Shown here: piece after piece, positions 1 through 9,669 of the stretch
How the letters are laid out: each line of letters opens with the position of its first letter
Position numbering within the stretch: position 1 is the stretch's first letter
Origin: Gammaproteobacteria bacterium
GTDB lineage: Bacteria; Pseudomonadota; Gammaproteobacteria; Pseudomonadales; JADFDG01
Assembly (NCBI GenBank): GCA_018262975.1
Contig: JADFDG010000011.1
Location: forward strand, 46,195 to 110,194
DNA: 64,000 bases
Reading direction: 5' to 3'
Notes under the pieces: model-generated
Database searches by the model: none
Told to the model about the DNA's origin: nothing
Seen by the model: only the letters and a program-made list of their open reading frames with translations
Translations under genes and position numbers: made by a program

Positions 1-2
1 TG

Positions 3-911
3 GTGCCGGAGGCCATCGACGACAGCCGCGGCGATCGCGCGGTGGTGCTGTCGCTGGCGGAACGCATCGCTGCCGCTGACGTGCAGTTGTATTACCAGAC
101 CGCCCTGATCGGCCGGCGTGACCTGCCGCTGGCGCCGGACGCACGTGCCGGCCTGGAGATGACCCTGCTGCGCATGCTCGCCTTCCGCCCGGCCGGTACA
201 CCACCGGCATCCGGCACCGGCGGCGGCCCTGCCGGGGCCACGGCGGCAGGCGCGCCGGCAAAAAAGACTGAGGCCCCGTCGCCGGTGACCGGCAGCGGGG
301 CCGCGGGTGTTGCCCCGGTGGCGCTGGCGTCGCGCGTGCCCGGACCGATGGCTGAACGCGCTCCGGTCGACGCCGTTGCGCCGGCGCGTGCGCATGCCGA
401 CCCGCGGCCGCTGGCCGACGTGGTGCCCATGCCGGCCCGGCCGGCGGTGGCGCGTTCGCCCGACCCGCTGCCCGCCACGCCGCCGGCGGAGCCGGCCGAA
501 GCCCTGCCCGGTGGCAACCTCGTCGCGTTGTCGCGCAGCTGGGATGCGCTGGTCGCGCAACTGACGGACCTGTCGCAGGATGTCATCGCGCTGGCGCGCA
601 ACAGCGCGCTCGAGTCGCAAGCCGACGGCACCTGGGAACTGGTGGTGGCGCCGGGCAGCGACATCCTCGTGAAGGATCCCGCCGTGCGCGCGCTGGAGGC
701 GGCGGTGTCGGCGCGCGCCGGCAGTGCAGTGAAACTGAAATTCGTCAACCGCGCGTTGCTCGGCGAAACCCCGCGCATGGCCGCCGAGCGGCGTGCGCGC
801 GAGCGCATGGCGCAGGCCGAGCAGGTCATCCGCGGCGATGACAACGTGCGTGACCTCATCCAGATTTTCGACGCCCGCATCCTGCCGGGCACCATCAAGC
901 CCGTGTCCTGA
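3..911 (+). CDS. dnaX: DNA polymerase III subunit gamma/tau, C-terminal part (5' end outside window)
   Basis: Open to the left edge. Pro/Ala-rich linker followed by a conserved C-terminal tail. Sits directly upstream of ybaB-recR, the canonical dnaX-ybaB-recR arrangement. Confidence 0.75.
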   Translation: MPEAIDDSRGDRAVVLSLAERIAAADVQLYYQTALIGRRDLPLAPDARAGLEMTLLRMLAFRPAGTPPASGTGGGPAGATAAGAPAKKTEAPSPVTGSGAAGVAPVALASRVPGPMAERAPVDAVAPARAHADPRPLADVVPMPARPAVARSPDPLPATPPAEPAEALPGGNLVALSRSWDALVAQLTDLSQDVIALARNSALESQADGTWELVVAPGSDILVKDPAVRALEAAVSARAGSAVKLKFVNRALLGETPRMAAERRARERMAQAEQVIRGDDNVRDLIQIFDARILPGTIKPVS

Positions 912-937
912 CGCGGGCCTGCCGAACGGAGTAGTCC

Positions 938-1252
938 ATGAACATCAACCAGCTCATGAAACAGGCCCAGATGCTCCAGGAGAAGGTGCAGAAGGCCAAC
1001 GAGGAAATGCTGCGCCACGAGGTCACCGGCGAATCCGGTGCCGGACTGGTGAAAGTGCTGATGACCGGCCGCCACGAGATCAAGCGCGTCAGCATCGACG
1101 ATTCGTTGATGAAGGAAGACAAGGAAGTGCTGGAAGACCTGATCGCCGCCGCGGTGAACGATGGCGTGCGCAAGGTCGAGAAGTACAAGGAAGAGAAGAT
1201 GGGTGCCGTCACCGGCGGCCTGCCGCTGCCGCCGGGCATGAAGCTGTTCTGA
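938..1252 (+). CDS. ybaB: YbaB/EbfC family nucleoid-associated protein
   Basis: 104 aa. N-terminal [20 protein letters not shown] and ...[17 protein letters not shown]... are typical of YbaB. Synteny between dnaX and recR. Confidence 0.9.
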   Translation: MNINQLMKQAQMLQEKVQKANEEMLRHEVTGESGAGLVKVLMTGRHEIKRVSIDDSLMKEDKEVLEDLIAAAVNDGVRKVEKYKEEKMGAVTGGLPLPPGMKLF

Positions 1253-1274
1253 GCGCCGCGCTGCCTGCCACCCG

Positions 1275-1868
1275 ATGAAATACTCCCCGCTCATCCAGGA
1301 GCTGGTGCGTGCGCTCACCGCGCTGCCCGGCGTCGGCCCGAAGTCGGCACAGCGCATGACGCTGCAGTTGCTGGAGCGCGACCGTGACGGCGGCCGCCGC
1401 CTGGCCGCCGCCCTGAAGGCGGCGATGGACAACGTGAAGCACTGCGTGCGTTGCCGCAACTTCACCGAGGAAACGCTGTGCCCGGTGTGCGCCGACCGCT
1501 CGCGGGACGACGCGCTGCTGTGCGTGGTGGAAACGCCCGCCGACGTGATCGCCATCGAGCAGGCCGGCACCTTTCGCGGCCGCTACTTCGTGCTGATGGG
1601 GCGCCTGTCGCCGCTGGACGGCCTTGGTCCCGACGAGATCGGCATCCCGCAACTGGTCGCGCGGGTGGGCGAGGGCGTGCAGGAAGTCATCGTCGCAACC
1701 AACCCCACGGTGGAAGGCGAAGCCACCGCGCACTACATCGCCGGTGCGCTGGCATCGTCCGGCACCACCATCAGTCGCATCGCCCACGGCGTGCCGATGG
1801 GCGGCGAGCTGGAGTTCGTCGACTCCGGGACGCTCGCCCACGCCTTCGCGGGGCGACGCCCCGTCTGA
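1275..1868 (+). CDS. recR: Recombination protein RecR
   Basis: 197 aa. [12 protein letters not shown] helix-hairpin-helix, CxxC...CxxC zinc finger (CVRCRNF...CPVC) and a Toprim region. Confidence 0.95.
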   Translation: MKYSPLIQELVRALTALPGVGPKSAQRMTLQLLERDRDGGRRLAAALKAAMDNVKHCVRCRNFTEETLCPVCADRSRDDALLCVVETPADVIAIEQAGTFRGRYFVLMGRLSPLDGLGPDEIGIPQLVARVGEGVQEVIVATNPTVEGEATAHYIAGALASSGTTISRIAHGVPMGGELEFVDSGTLAHAFAGRRPV

Positions 1869-1901
1869 CACCGCACCGCCTGTTGACGGGTGGCGCGCTG
1901 C

Positions 1902-4900
1902 TCAGTTCGCCGCCGGTCCGCCGATGCGCAGCAGCCGCTTCAGCCACTGCGTCAGGTCGTCCAGGTAGGTGTAGATCACCGGCACCACTACCAGCGTCAG
2001 CAACGTCGAGGTGATGATGCCGCCGATGATGGCGTGCGCCATCGGCGCGCGCTGCTCGGCGCCTTCGCCAAGGCCCAGTGCCAGCGGCACCATGCCCATC
2101 ACCATCGCCGCGGTGGTCATCAGGATCGGCCGCAGGCGGGTGTGGCCGGCCTTCATGATCGCCTCGGTGCGCTCCATGCCGTTCTCGGTGGCCACCTTGA
2201 TGAAGTCGATGAGCAGGATGGCGTTCTTGGTCACCAGGCCCATCAGCATCACGATGCCGATGATCGAGAAGATGTTCATGGTGCTGCGGAACAGGAACAG
2301 CGCCAGGAACACCCCCACCAGCGACAGCGGCAGCGACGTCATGATCGCCACCGGATGCACGAAACTGTTGAACTGCGAACCGAGCACCATGTAGATGAAG
2401 ATCACCGCCAGCAGCAGGGCGATACCGGCGTAGTAGGCCGACTCCTGCATGTCCTTGTTCTGGCCCTCGGTCTCGAAGCGGTAGCCCGGCGGCAATTCCT
2501 TCTCCATCTGCGCCATGACGCGGTTGATGTCGGTGCCCACGTCGCCGGACGGGCGACCTTCCACGTTGGCCTGGATCAGCACCTCGCGGAACAGGTTGCG
2601 GCGCTTGATCTGCGCGGCGCCGACGCTCTCGCTGATGTCAGCCACTTGCGCCAGTGCCACCATGCGCGGTGCGCCGGTCTGCGGATCGACCGTGCTGCTG
2701 GCGAACCAGAGGTTGTCCAGTTGCCCCGGCGAGTCGCGGCCGCCCGGCGGCAACTGAACGGACACGTCGTAGGTCTCGCCGTCCTCCGCCTGCCAGGTCG
2801 AGATGGCATCGCCGGCCAGGAACGGGCGCAGCGCCGCGCCGATCTGTCCCACGTTCAGGCCCAGGTCGGCAGCGCGTTCGCGGTCCACGGCGATGTCGAA
2901 CGACGGCTTCGGCGCCTTCAGCGACGACTCGATGTCGACCAGCCCGTCGATCTTCGCCAGCCGCGCGGTGAATTCATCGGAGATGCGCTGCAGTTCGGCA
3001 AGGTCGGCGCCCTGGATGGAAATCATGATCGGCTTCATGCCGCCGGACACGGCTTCCTTGGCGGCCGCCACCGACTTGATGTCGATGCCGCCGACCATGG
3101 CCAGTTCGCGCCGCAGTTGTGCGATCAGTTCCTTCTGGCTGAGCGTGCGCTCGTGCTTGGGCTTCAGCGCGACGCGGAAACTGGCCTCGTTCTTGCCGGT
3201 CTCGAAGCCGCCGCCGCCATTGAGCGTGGCATAGGTGGCAATGACTTCCTGGTGGGCGCGGATGATCGCGTCCACCTGCATCACCTTCTGCTCGGTGAAT
3301 GCCAGGCTGGAGCCCACCGGCGTGGCGAACTTGACGCTGATTTCCGACAGGTCCGGTTCCGGCACGAACTCCTTGCCGATGAACGACAGCAGCATGAAGG
3401 CCACCACCAGCGAGCCGGCGGCGATGCCCAGCGTGGACTTGCGGTGTGCCAGCGCCCAGCGGATTACCTGCATGTACACGTCGCCGAGGCGCTCCAGCCA
3501 GGCGGCGAAGCGGTCGAGGAAGCGGGAGAAGGCGTTGCCGCCGCGCTGGCCATGCACGTGCGGGTCGTGCCAGATCGATGACAGCATCGGGTCGAGGGTG
3601 AAGCTCACGAACATCGACAGCAGCACCGCGCAGGTCACCGTCACGCCGAACTGGAAGAAGAACTTGCCGATGATGCCGCCCATGAAGGCCACCGGCAGGA
3701 ACACCGCGACGATCGACAGGGTGGTGGCCAGCACCGCCAGGCCGATTTCCTTGGTGCCGTCCAGCGCGGCGGTACGCGGGTCCTTGCCCATGGTGCCGTG
3801 GCGCACGATGTTCTCGCGCACCACGATGGCATCGTCCACCAGCAAGCCGATGCACAGGCTCATCGCCATCAGCGTCATCATGTTGATGGTGAATTCGAAG
3901 ATCCACAGGCAGAACACCGTGCCGAGCAGCGAGATCGGCAGGGTGAGGCCGGTGATCACCGTGCTGCGCCAGGAGCCGAGGAACAGCAGCACGATCAGCA
4001 CCGCGAGGATGGCCCCTTCCAGCAACGTCTTCTTCACGTCGTCCAGGCCGGCACGGATGGAGCGCGAACTGTCGGCCACCACCGTCATTTCCATGCCGGC
4101 GGGGAACTCGGCACGCATTTCCTCCAGGCGGGCACGGGCGGTTTCCGCCACCTCGATGGTATTGGCGCCGGAGATCTTCACCACGCCCAGCGCGACCGCC
4201 TGCCGGCCGTTCACCAGCGCCCGCGATTCCAATTCCTCCTCGCCGTCCACCACGTCGGCGACGTCACCGAGGTAGACCGGGCTGCCGTTGCGGGTGCCCA
4301 CCACGATGCGCTCGAAATCGGCCGCCGACGCCAGCCGCGCCTTGACCTGCACGATCTGCTCGCGGTTGTCGAACTCCACGCTGCCGGCCGGCATGTCCTG
4401 GTTGTCGGCGCGGATCGCCGACAGCACCTGCTCGACGCCCACCGCGCGAGCCTGCAGGTCGGCAGGGCGCAGGAAGATGCGCATCTCGCGCTTCACGCCG
4501 CCGACCAGGTCGACCTTGCCGACGCCGGGAATGACCTGCAGGCGCTTGAGCACCTTCTGGTCGACGAAGGTGGTCAGTTCGCGCGGCGCCAGCGTGTCGC
4601 TGGTGAACGCCACCGACAGCACCGGCACCGCGCCGGGGTTCCAGCGCTGGATCACCGGCTCGTCGACCTCGTCGCGGAACTCGGTCTTCACCACCGCGAT
4701 CTTGTCGCGCACGTCCTGCACGGCAGCGTCCGGGTTCACCTCGAGGTGGAACTCGACGATGACCAGCGACAGCCCCTCGTAGGAGGTGGAGAACACCCGC
4801 TTGACGCCGTTGACGGTGTTGACCGCGTCCTCGAGCTTGCGCGTCACGTCGCTTTCCATCGACTCCGGCGAGGCGCCCGGCCAGCTGGTGGACACGATCA

Positions 4901-5033
4901 CGAATGGCATCTCGACGTTGGGGAATTCCTCCACCGACAACGAGTTGAAGGAGAAGGTGCCAAGCACCATGAGCGCGGCCATCATCATGGCCGCGAACAC
5001 CGGGTTGTTGACGCTGATGCGGGTCAGCCACAT
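1902..5033 (-). CDS. RND family efflux transporter permease (AcrB/HAE1-like)
   Basis: 1043 aa with 12-TM RND architecture. N-terminus MWLTRISVNNPVFAAMMM... is typical of ACR_tran proteins. Sits downstream of a membrane-fusion protein gene. Confidence 0.9.
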   Translation of the reverse strand: MWLTRISVNNPVFAAMMMAALMVLGTFSFNSLSVEEFPNVEMPFVIVSTSWPGASPESMESDVTRKLEDAVNTVNGVKRVFSTSYEGLSLVIVEFHLEVNPDAAVQDVRDKIAVVKTEFRDEVDEPVIQRWNPGAVPVLSVAFTSDTLAPRELTTFVDQKVLKRLQVIPGVGKVDLVGGVKREMRIFLRPADLQARAVGVEQVLSAIRADNQDMPAGSVEFDNREQIVQVKARLASAADFERIVVGTRNGSPVYLGDVADVVDGEEELESRALVNGRQAVALGVVKISGANTIEVAETARARLEEMRAEFPAGMEMTVVADSSRSIRAGLDDVKKTLLEGAILAVLIVLLFLGSWRSTVITGLTLPISLLGTVFCLWIFEFTINMMTLMAMSLCIGLLVDDAIVVRENIVRHGTMGKDPRTAALDGTKEIGLAVLATTLSIVAVFLPVAFMGGIIGKFFFQFGVTVTCAVLLSMFVSFTLDPMLSSIWHDPHVHGQRGGNAFSRFLDRFAAWLERLGDVYMQVIRWALAHRKSTLGIAAGSLVVAFMLLSFIGKEFVPEPDLSEISVKFATPVGSSLAFTEQKVMQVDAIIRAHQEVIATYATLNGGGGFETGKNEASFRVALKPKHERTLSQKELIAQLRRELAMVGGIDIKSVAAAKEAVSGGMKPIMISIQGADLAELQRISDEFTARLAKIDGLVDIESSLKAPKPSFDIAVDRERAADLGLNVGQIGAALRPFLAGDAISTWQAEDGETYDVSVQLPPGGRDSPGQLDNLWFASSTVDPQTGAPRMVALAQVADISESVGAAQIKRRNLFREVLIQANVEGRPSGDVGTDINRVMAQMEKELPPGYRFETEGQNKDMQESAYYAGIALLLAVIFIYMVLGSQFNSFVHPVAIMTSLPLSLVGVFLALFLFRSTMNIFSIIGIVMLMGLVTKNAILLIDFIKVATENGMERTEAIMKAGHTRLRPILMTTAAMVMGMVPLALGLGEGAEQRAPMAHAIIGGIITSTLLTLVVVPVIYTYLDDLTQWLKRLLRIGGPAAN

Positions 5034-5048
5034 GGGCGGGGTGCTCCG

Positions 5049-6197
5049 TCAGCGCGGCGCGGACACGGTCACCGGCATGCCGGGCGTGCGCGTGCCGATG
5101 TCGGTGAGGATCACCTGTTCGCCGGCGGCGAGTCCCTGGCGGACTTCCACCAGGCCGGTGCCGGTGTCGCGCGCGCCGAGGCTCACCTGCTGCAGCGCGA
5201 GCTTGCCGGCGCGTACCACCCACACCTGTTCGCGGTTGTCGATGCGCCGTACCGCGCTGCCCGGGATGCGCAGCGCCTGCTGGCCGGCACTCGCGGTGAC
5301 CACGCGCCCGCTGGCGAACATGCCGCCGCGCAGCGCGCCGTCGGCGTTGGGCACGCGCGCGTAGAGCGTGATGGTGCGCGCATTGCCGTTGGCCATCGGG
5401 TTGATGCGCACGACCTTGCCGCGGAAGGTGCGGTTGGCGTGGCCGTCGACGGTGAACGACACGTCGTTGCCGATGCGCACCTGGCCGATGTCGCGCGCCG
5501 GGATCGACGCGGCGAGTTCCAGCTCGGACAGGTCCACCAGTGTCAGCATGGCCTGGCCGCTCATCACGTTGGTGCCGGGCTCCACGTGGCGCTCGGCGAC
5601 CATGCCGGTGATCGGCGCGGTCACGGTGGCGTCGGCGACGGCCTTGCGGGCGATCGCCACCGCCGCTTCGCGCACCTGCACGTTGCCGCGGCGGACTTCG
5701 GTCTCGCCTTGCGCGGTGGCCAGTTCGACGTCGGACAGGTACTGCTGCTTGTTGAGGGCTTCCTTGCGCGTCTGGTAGGCCTCCGACAGGCGCAGCTCGA
5801 TCTTCGCGCTTTCCAGTTGTGCCTCGGCCTGGCGCAGTTGCGCCTGCACGTCGGCGCTGTCCTGGCGCACAAGCACCTGGCCCTTGCGCACGGCTTCGCC
5901 TTCGCGCACCAGCACTTCGTTGACCACCGCGTTGATGCGCGCGTTCACCGCCGTGCGGTTGCGCGGCTCAAGCGTGCCGGTGACCTTGATGCCCTGCGCC
6001 ACCGGGCCGGTGTCCACCGTGACCAGGTCGGCCGGCACCAGCAGCAACGGCTGCGCGGGCGGCGCGGCTTTCGCCTCGGCGCTGGTGGCGGGCGTGCTGG
6101 CTCCGAAGATCGCCCAGGCAACGCCGGCAACGGCCAGCGTGGCGAAGGCGATACGGCGGTTGCGCGTCCATGCGCCGCTGTCGCGAAGGCTGTTCAT
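5049..6197 (-). CDS. RND efflux periplasmic adaptor (membrane fusion protein)
   Basis: 382 aa. Signal/anchor N-terminus, coiled-coil hairpin (QAQLRQAEAQLESAKIELRL...) and beta-barrel region. 15 nt upstream of the RND permease. Confidence 0.85.
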   Translation of the reverse strand: MNSLRDSGAWTRNRRIAFATLAVAGVAWAIFGASTPATSAEAKAAPPAQPLLLVPADLVTVDTGPVAQGIKVTGTLEPRNRTAVNARINAVVNEVLVREGEAVRKGQVLVRQDSADVQAQLRQAEAQLESAKIELRLSEAYQTRKEALNKQQYLSDVELATAQGETEVRRGNVQVREAAVAIARKAVADATVTAPITGMVAERHVEPGTNVMSGQAMLTLVDLSELELAASIPARDIGQVRIGNDVSFTVDGHANRTFRGKVVRINPMANGNARTITLYARVPNADGALRGGMFASGRVVTASAGQQALRIPGSAVRRIDNREQVWVVRAGKLALQQVSLGARDTGTGLVEVRQGLAAGEQVILTDIGTRTPGMPVTVSAPR

Positions 6198-6829
6198 GGG
6201 GAGTTTCCTCGGTGGGAGTCGTCGGGCCGCGGCGCGATGCCGTGCCAGATCAGGTCGACCATGCGCACGATGAGCGCATCCTGGTCGGTTTGCGGGTTGA
6301 TGACCCAGGCCAGCATCAGGCCGTCGAACAGGGCGCTCCAGAACGACGCCTGCAGTTCGGGATCTTCTTCTGCGGGTGCCAGGCCGGCGGCCTGCATGGT
6401 GCGCACGGAGCCGGCGATCACCGCCAGGCTCTGCGCGTGGAATTGCGCCAGCCGCGCGCGCACGTCGTCGTCGCGCGCCTGGCTGACGAATTCCAGGTAC
6501 AGACGCGGCCAGTCGGTGTCGGCGCGCAGGCGGGCAAACGCGGCCTGCAACAGCATGATCAGCGCCCGGCGCGGATCGGTGCCGATGGCGGCGTTGCGCA
6601 GGTCCTCGATGACCGGGTCGGTGTGGCGCTGGAACTGCACGTCCAGCAGCGCGAAGAACAGGTCGCCCTTGCTGCGGAAATGCCAGTAGATGGCGCCCTT
6701 GGTCAGGCCCGCTTCGCGCGCCACCTCGTCCAGCGACGCGGCCTGGTAGCCCTTGCGGGCGAACACGTGCGCGGCCGCATCAAGGATGCGTTCGCGGGTG
6801 TCGGGCGGGGCAGGGCGCGGTCGGGACAT
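6194..6829 (-). CDS. TetR/AcrR family transcriptional regulator
   Basis: 211 aa. N-terminal HTH RERILDAAAHVFARKGYQAASLDEVAREAGLTKGAIYWHF. 4-nt overlap with the MFP gene start. Confidence 0.85.
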   Translation of the reverse strand: MSRPRPAPPDTRERILDAAAHVFARKGYQAASLDEVAREAGLTKGAIYWHFRSKGDLFFALLDVQFQRHTDPVIEDLRNAAIGTDPRRALIMLLQAAFARLRADTDWPRLYLEFVSQARDDDVRARLAQFHAQSLAVIAGSVRTMQAAGLAPAEEDPELQASFWSALFDGLMLAWVINPQTDQDALIVRMVDLIWHGIAPRPDDSHRGNSP

Positions 6830-6849
6830 GGGACGGTCATTCCACTGAC

Positions 6850-6884
6850 ATACCGCCCGGTATTTAACATATCCGTGGGTATGT
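6850..6884. promoter_or_regulatory. Putative TetR operator: two adjacent palindromes upstream of the tetR-MFP-RND operon
   Basis: ATACCG-CC-CGGTAT (6850-6863) and imperfect ACATATCCGTGGGTATGT (6867-6884) share the ATACC/GGTAT half-site. They lie 21-55 nt upstream of the TetR start codon. Confidence 0.45.
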
Positions 6885-6904
6885 TGCCATGCGCATACCC
6901 CGCA

Positions 6905-7759
6905 TCAGCGGCTGCCGTGGCAGGCCGGGTACTCGTTGCGCAGGAAACCGGCCTCCAGGTAGGCGCGGCGGACCAGCCCCTGGCTGCGCAGCAACTCCAG
7001 CCCGCGCTCCAGCGACTGGCGCAGGCGATTGCCGGCGGCGTGGCGGCCGAGCGCGTAGTGGCGGCTGCCGGGGAGCACCAGGCAGGTGCCGTCGACTGGC
7101 ACCAGCTGGATACCGTCGAGGCGAATGTCCGGACTGCCGGCCCCGGGCAACGGCGCCAGCAGGAAGTCGGCGCGACCGGCCCCGACCATGCGCACCATCA
7201 GCGGCCACTCGGCCGCGTCGTACACGTGCCGCAGGGCAAGGCGCTGCAGGGCGAGCCAGTCCGGGCGCCAGTCGCGGCTGGACACCGCGGTGAGTCCCTG
7301 CCAGCGGCCCTGGCGGATCGACGCGTCAAGGTGGCCGGCGCCCGGGGCACGGTAGAACCCGGCGATGAACTGGCCGTCGCTAACCAGCGCCGATGACGCC
7401 TGCAGGCGCGCTGCGTTGTCGTCGATGTCACTGCCCCACACGGAACTGCCGCTGACATCGGCGTGGCCGTCTGCCACCAGGGCGAGCATGCGCCGGTAGG
7501 TGGGTGCGGTGAGGAACTCGACGGTGGCAGGCAGGCCGCCGCGTGCCAGCGCCTGCTGCAGCAGGATCACCTCGACCACGTCGCGCCGTGCCCCCGGCCC
7601 CTGGAAGCGGGTCATCGCCAGTGGCGAACGCTCGCCCAGCAGGCGCTGGTAGTCGGCCAGCACGTCCGGCGTGACGACCACGCGCAGCGACTCCGCCAGT
7701 GCCGCCATGGGCAGGCAGAGGCACAGTGCGAGCAGGGCAGTGAGCACTTTGCGCAGCAT
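6905..7759 (-). CDS. Secreted hypothetical protein (possible periplasmic solute-binding-like fold)
   Basis: 284 aa with a clear signal peptide MLRKVLTALLALCLCLPMAALA. No diagnostic motif recognised. Confidence 0.5.
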   Translation of the reverse strand: MLRKVLTALLALCLCLPMAALAESLRVVVTPDVLADYQRLLGERSPLAMTRFQGPGARRDVVEVILLQQALARGGLPATVEFLTAPTYRRMLALVADGHADVSGSSVWGSDIDDNAARLQASSALVSDGQFIAGFYRAPGAGHLDASIRQGRWQGLTAVSSRDWRPDWLALQRLALRHVYDAAEWPLMVRMVGAGRADFLLAPLPGAGSPDIRLDGIQLVPVDGTCLVLPGSRHYALGRHAAGNRLRQSLERGLELLRSQGLVRRAYLEAGFLRNEYPACHGSR

Positions 7760-7802
7760 CCCCGGACGGTATCCGCCGGCGGTGCTCGCTGCATCCGTAG
7801 GT

Positions 7803-8414
7803 CTACTTACCCTGAACGGGGGACACGAGGCCCTGCAGCAACGGTTCGATTTCCGCCGCGCGCCGGCGCAGATCGGCGCCGGTTGGCCGCGGAAAGCTGC
7901 ACAGGCAACCGATGAAGCCGAACAGCAGCGCCTCGGCGAGCAGGCGTGCGCGGCTGGCGTCGCCGGTCAGCTCGCTGAACAGGGTGACCAGTCGCGCCAG
8001 CCGCGCGCGGTCGATTCGCTCCAGGTGCGTGGCGACGCGCGGATCCGACAGTGCCCAGGCGCGCATGGCCAGTTCCAGGTAATGGCTGCGCGTCCACACG
8101 AACCGCATCATGTGCGCCAGTTGCGCCTGCGGGTCCGGGCCGGCGGCGGCCGCATCGCGGAAGCCCGGTTCGATGCCCTCGGCTTCCCAGCGCTCCACCA
8201 CGGCGTCGATGAAGGCGTCCACGCTGCCGAAGTGGTGGTAGAAGGAGCCGCGCGTCACCTCCAGCCGGGTGGCCAGCCGCGCCGGCGTCACCGCCGTATG
8301 GCCTTCCTTGCCCAGCACGCGCAGGGCCTCGCGGATCCAGTCCTCGCGGCTGCGGTTGTCCTTGCGGGCCGGGGTCTCGGCAGGTGTGGTCACGGGGGCG
8401 TCCGGGGTGGGCAT
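7803..8414 (-). CDS. TetR family transcriptional regulator
   Basis: HTH region REDWIREALRVLGKEGHTAVTPARLATRLEVTRGSFYHHF. ORF track starts at 8516. I prefer the ATG at 8414 (MPTPDAP...) because the longer form would cover the divergent promoter and operators. Confidence 0.8.
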   Translation of the reverse strand: MPTPDAPVTTPAETPARKDNRSREDWIREALRVLGKEGHTAVTPARLATRLEVTRGSFYHHFGSVDAFIDAVVERWEAEGIEPGFRDAAAAGPDPQAQLAHMMRFVWTRSHYLELAMRAWALSDPRVATHLERIDRARLARLVTLFSELTGDASRARLLAEALLFGFIGCLCSFPRPTGADLRRRAAEIEPLLQGLVSPVQGK

Positions 8415-8476
8415 ACAGGGTTGTATGGTAGCGCCGTTATGCCTAGACTCGCCAACAGCATACAGCCCTGTATGGT
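8411..8476. promoter_or_regulatory. Twin palindromic operator candidates in the TetR / acyl-CoA dehydrogenase divergent intergenic region
   Basis: GCATACAGGGTTGTATGGT (8411-8429) and GCATACAGCCCTGTATGGT (8458-8476). Each has CATACAG/CTGTATG-type inverted arms, and the two copies are 47 bp apart. Confidence 0.5.
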
Positions 8477-8514
8477 GCCGACCCGCGGCGCCGGGCACTC
8501 CCGCGAGGACCCCC

Positions 8515-9657
8515 ATGAGCCAGCTCGATTACTTCAGCGATACCCACAAACAACTGCGCGATTCGGTGCGCAAGTTCGTCGAGAAGGAAATCCGCCCCTA
8601 CGTGGCCGAATGGGAAGAGGCGGGCACCTTCCCGCTGGACTTGTACCGCAAGGCCGGCGAAGCGGGCTTCCTCGGCATCGGCTTCCCCGAGGAATACGGC
8701 GGCCTGGGTGAGGATGTGTTCATGGCCGTAACCTTTGCCGAGGAAATCGTGCGCAGCACCTCCGGCGGCCTGGTGGCATCGCTCGGTTCGCTGGGTATCG
8801 GCCTGCCGCCGATTGCCAAGTGGGGTTCGCCGGAAATGAAGGCACGGGTGATCCCCGAAGTGCTGCGCGGCGAGAAGATCTCGGCGCTGGCGATCACCGA
8901 GCCGTCCGGCGGTTCCGACGTTGCCAATATCCGCACCCGCGCCGTCAAGGACGGCGACCACTACGTGGTGAACGGCAGCAAGACCTTCATCACCAGCGGC
9001 GTGCGCGCCGATTACTACACGGTAGCGGTGCGCACCGGCGGTGACGGCTTCGGTGGCGTGTCGCTGCTGTTGATCGAGAAGGGCACCCCGGGCTTCAGCG
9101 TCGGCCGCAACCTCAAGAAGATGGGCTGGTGGGCATCAGATACCGCCGAGCTGTTCTTCGAGGACTGCCGCGTGCCGGTGGCCAACCTGATCGGCCCGGA
9201 GAACGGCGGCTTCTTCTGCATCATGACCAACTTCCAGGCCGAGCGCCTGAACCTGGCCATCATCGCCACCACCACCGCGCAGGTCGCGCTGGACGAGTGC
9301 CTGCGCTACGTGAAGGAGCGTGAAGCGTTCGGCAAGACGCTGTCGAAGTTCCAGGTCATCAAGCACAAGCTCGCCGACATGGCGACCCGCATCGAGGTCA
9401 GCCGCGAGATGAACTACCGCGTCGCCGCGAAGATGGCGGCCGGGCAGAGCGTCATCAAGGAAGTGTCGATGGCCAAGAACTTCGCCACCGATGTTTCCGA
9501 CTTCTGCACCTACGAGGCGACGCAGATCTTCGGCGGCATGGGCTTCATGCGCGAGTCGGTGGTGGAGCGGCTGTACCGCGACAACCGCATCCTGTCCATC
9601 GGCGGCGGCACCCGCGAGATCATGAACGAGGTGATCGCCAAGCAGCTCGGTCTCTGA
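8515..9657 (+). CDS. Acyl-CoA dehydrogenase
   Basis: 380 aa from the ATG at 8515 (MSQLDYFSDTHKQLRDSVRKFVEKEI...). Contains ...ALAITEPSGGSDVA..., ...QIFGGMGFMRE... and C-terminal ...IGGGTREIM.... The ORF-track N-terminal extension is rejected. Confidence 0.9.
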   Translation: MSQLDYFSDTHKQLRDSVRKFVEKEIRPYVAEWEEAGTFPLDLYRKAGEAGFLGIGFPEEYGGLGEDVFMAVTFAEEIVRSTSGGLVASLGSLGIGLPPIAKWGSPEMKARVIPEVLRGEKISALAITEPSGGSDVANIRTRAVKDGDHYVVNGSKTFITSGVRADYYTVAVRTGGDGFGGVSLLLIEKGTPGFSVGRNLKKMGWWASDTAELFFEDCRVPVANLIGPENGGFFCIMTNFQAERLNLAIIATTTAQVALDECLRYVKEREAFGKTLSKFQVIKHKLADMATRIEVSREMNYRVAAKMAAGQSVIKEVSMAKNFATDVSDFCTYEATQIFGGMGFMRESVVERLYRDNRILSIGGGTREIMNEVIAKQLGL

Positions 9658-9669
9658 CGCGGCGACGAC

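Noticed and set aside
92-1570. 492-aa minus-strand ORF spanning dnaX-ybaB-recR
   Set aside because: Antisense to three well-supported conserved genes. Ser/Arg/Ala-rich nonsense translation.
1890-6689. Long plus-strand ORFs (1890-3581, 3798-6689 and others) opposite the RND/MFP/TetR genes
   Set aside because: Low-complexity His/Arg/Gly/Asp-rich translations antisense to clearly recognisable efflux genes. GC-driven lack of stop codons.
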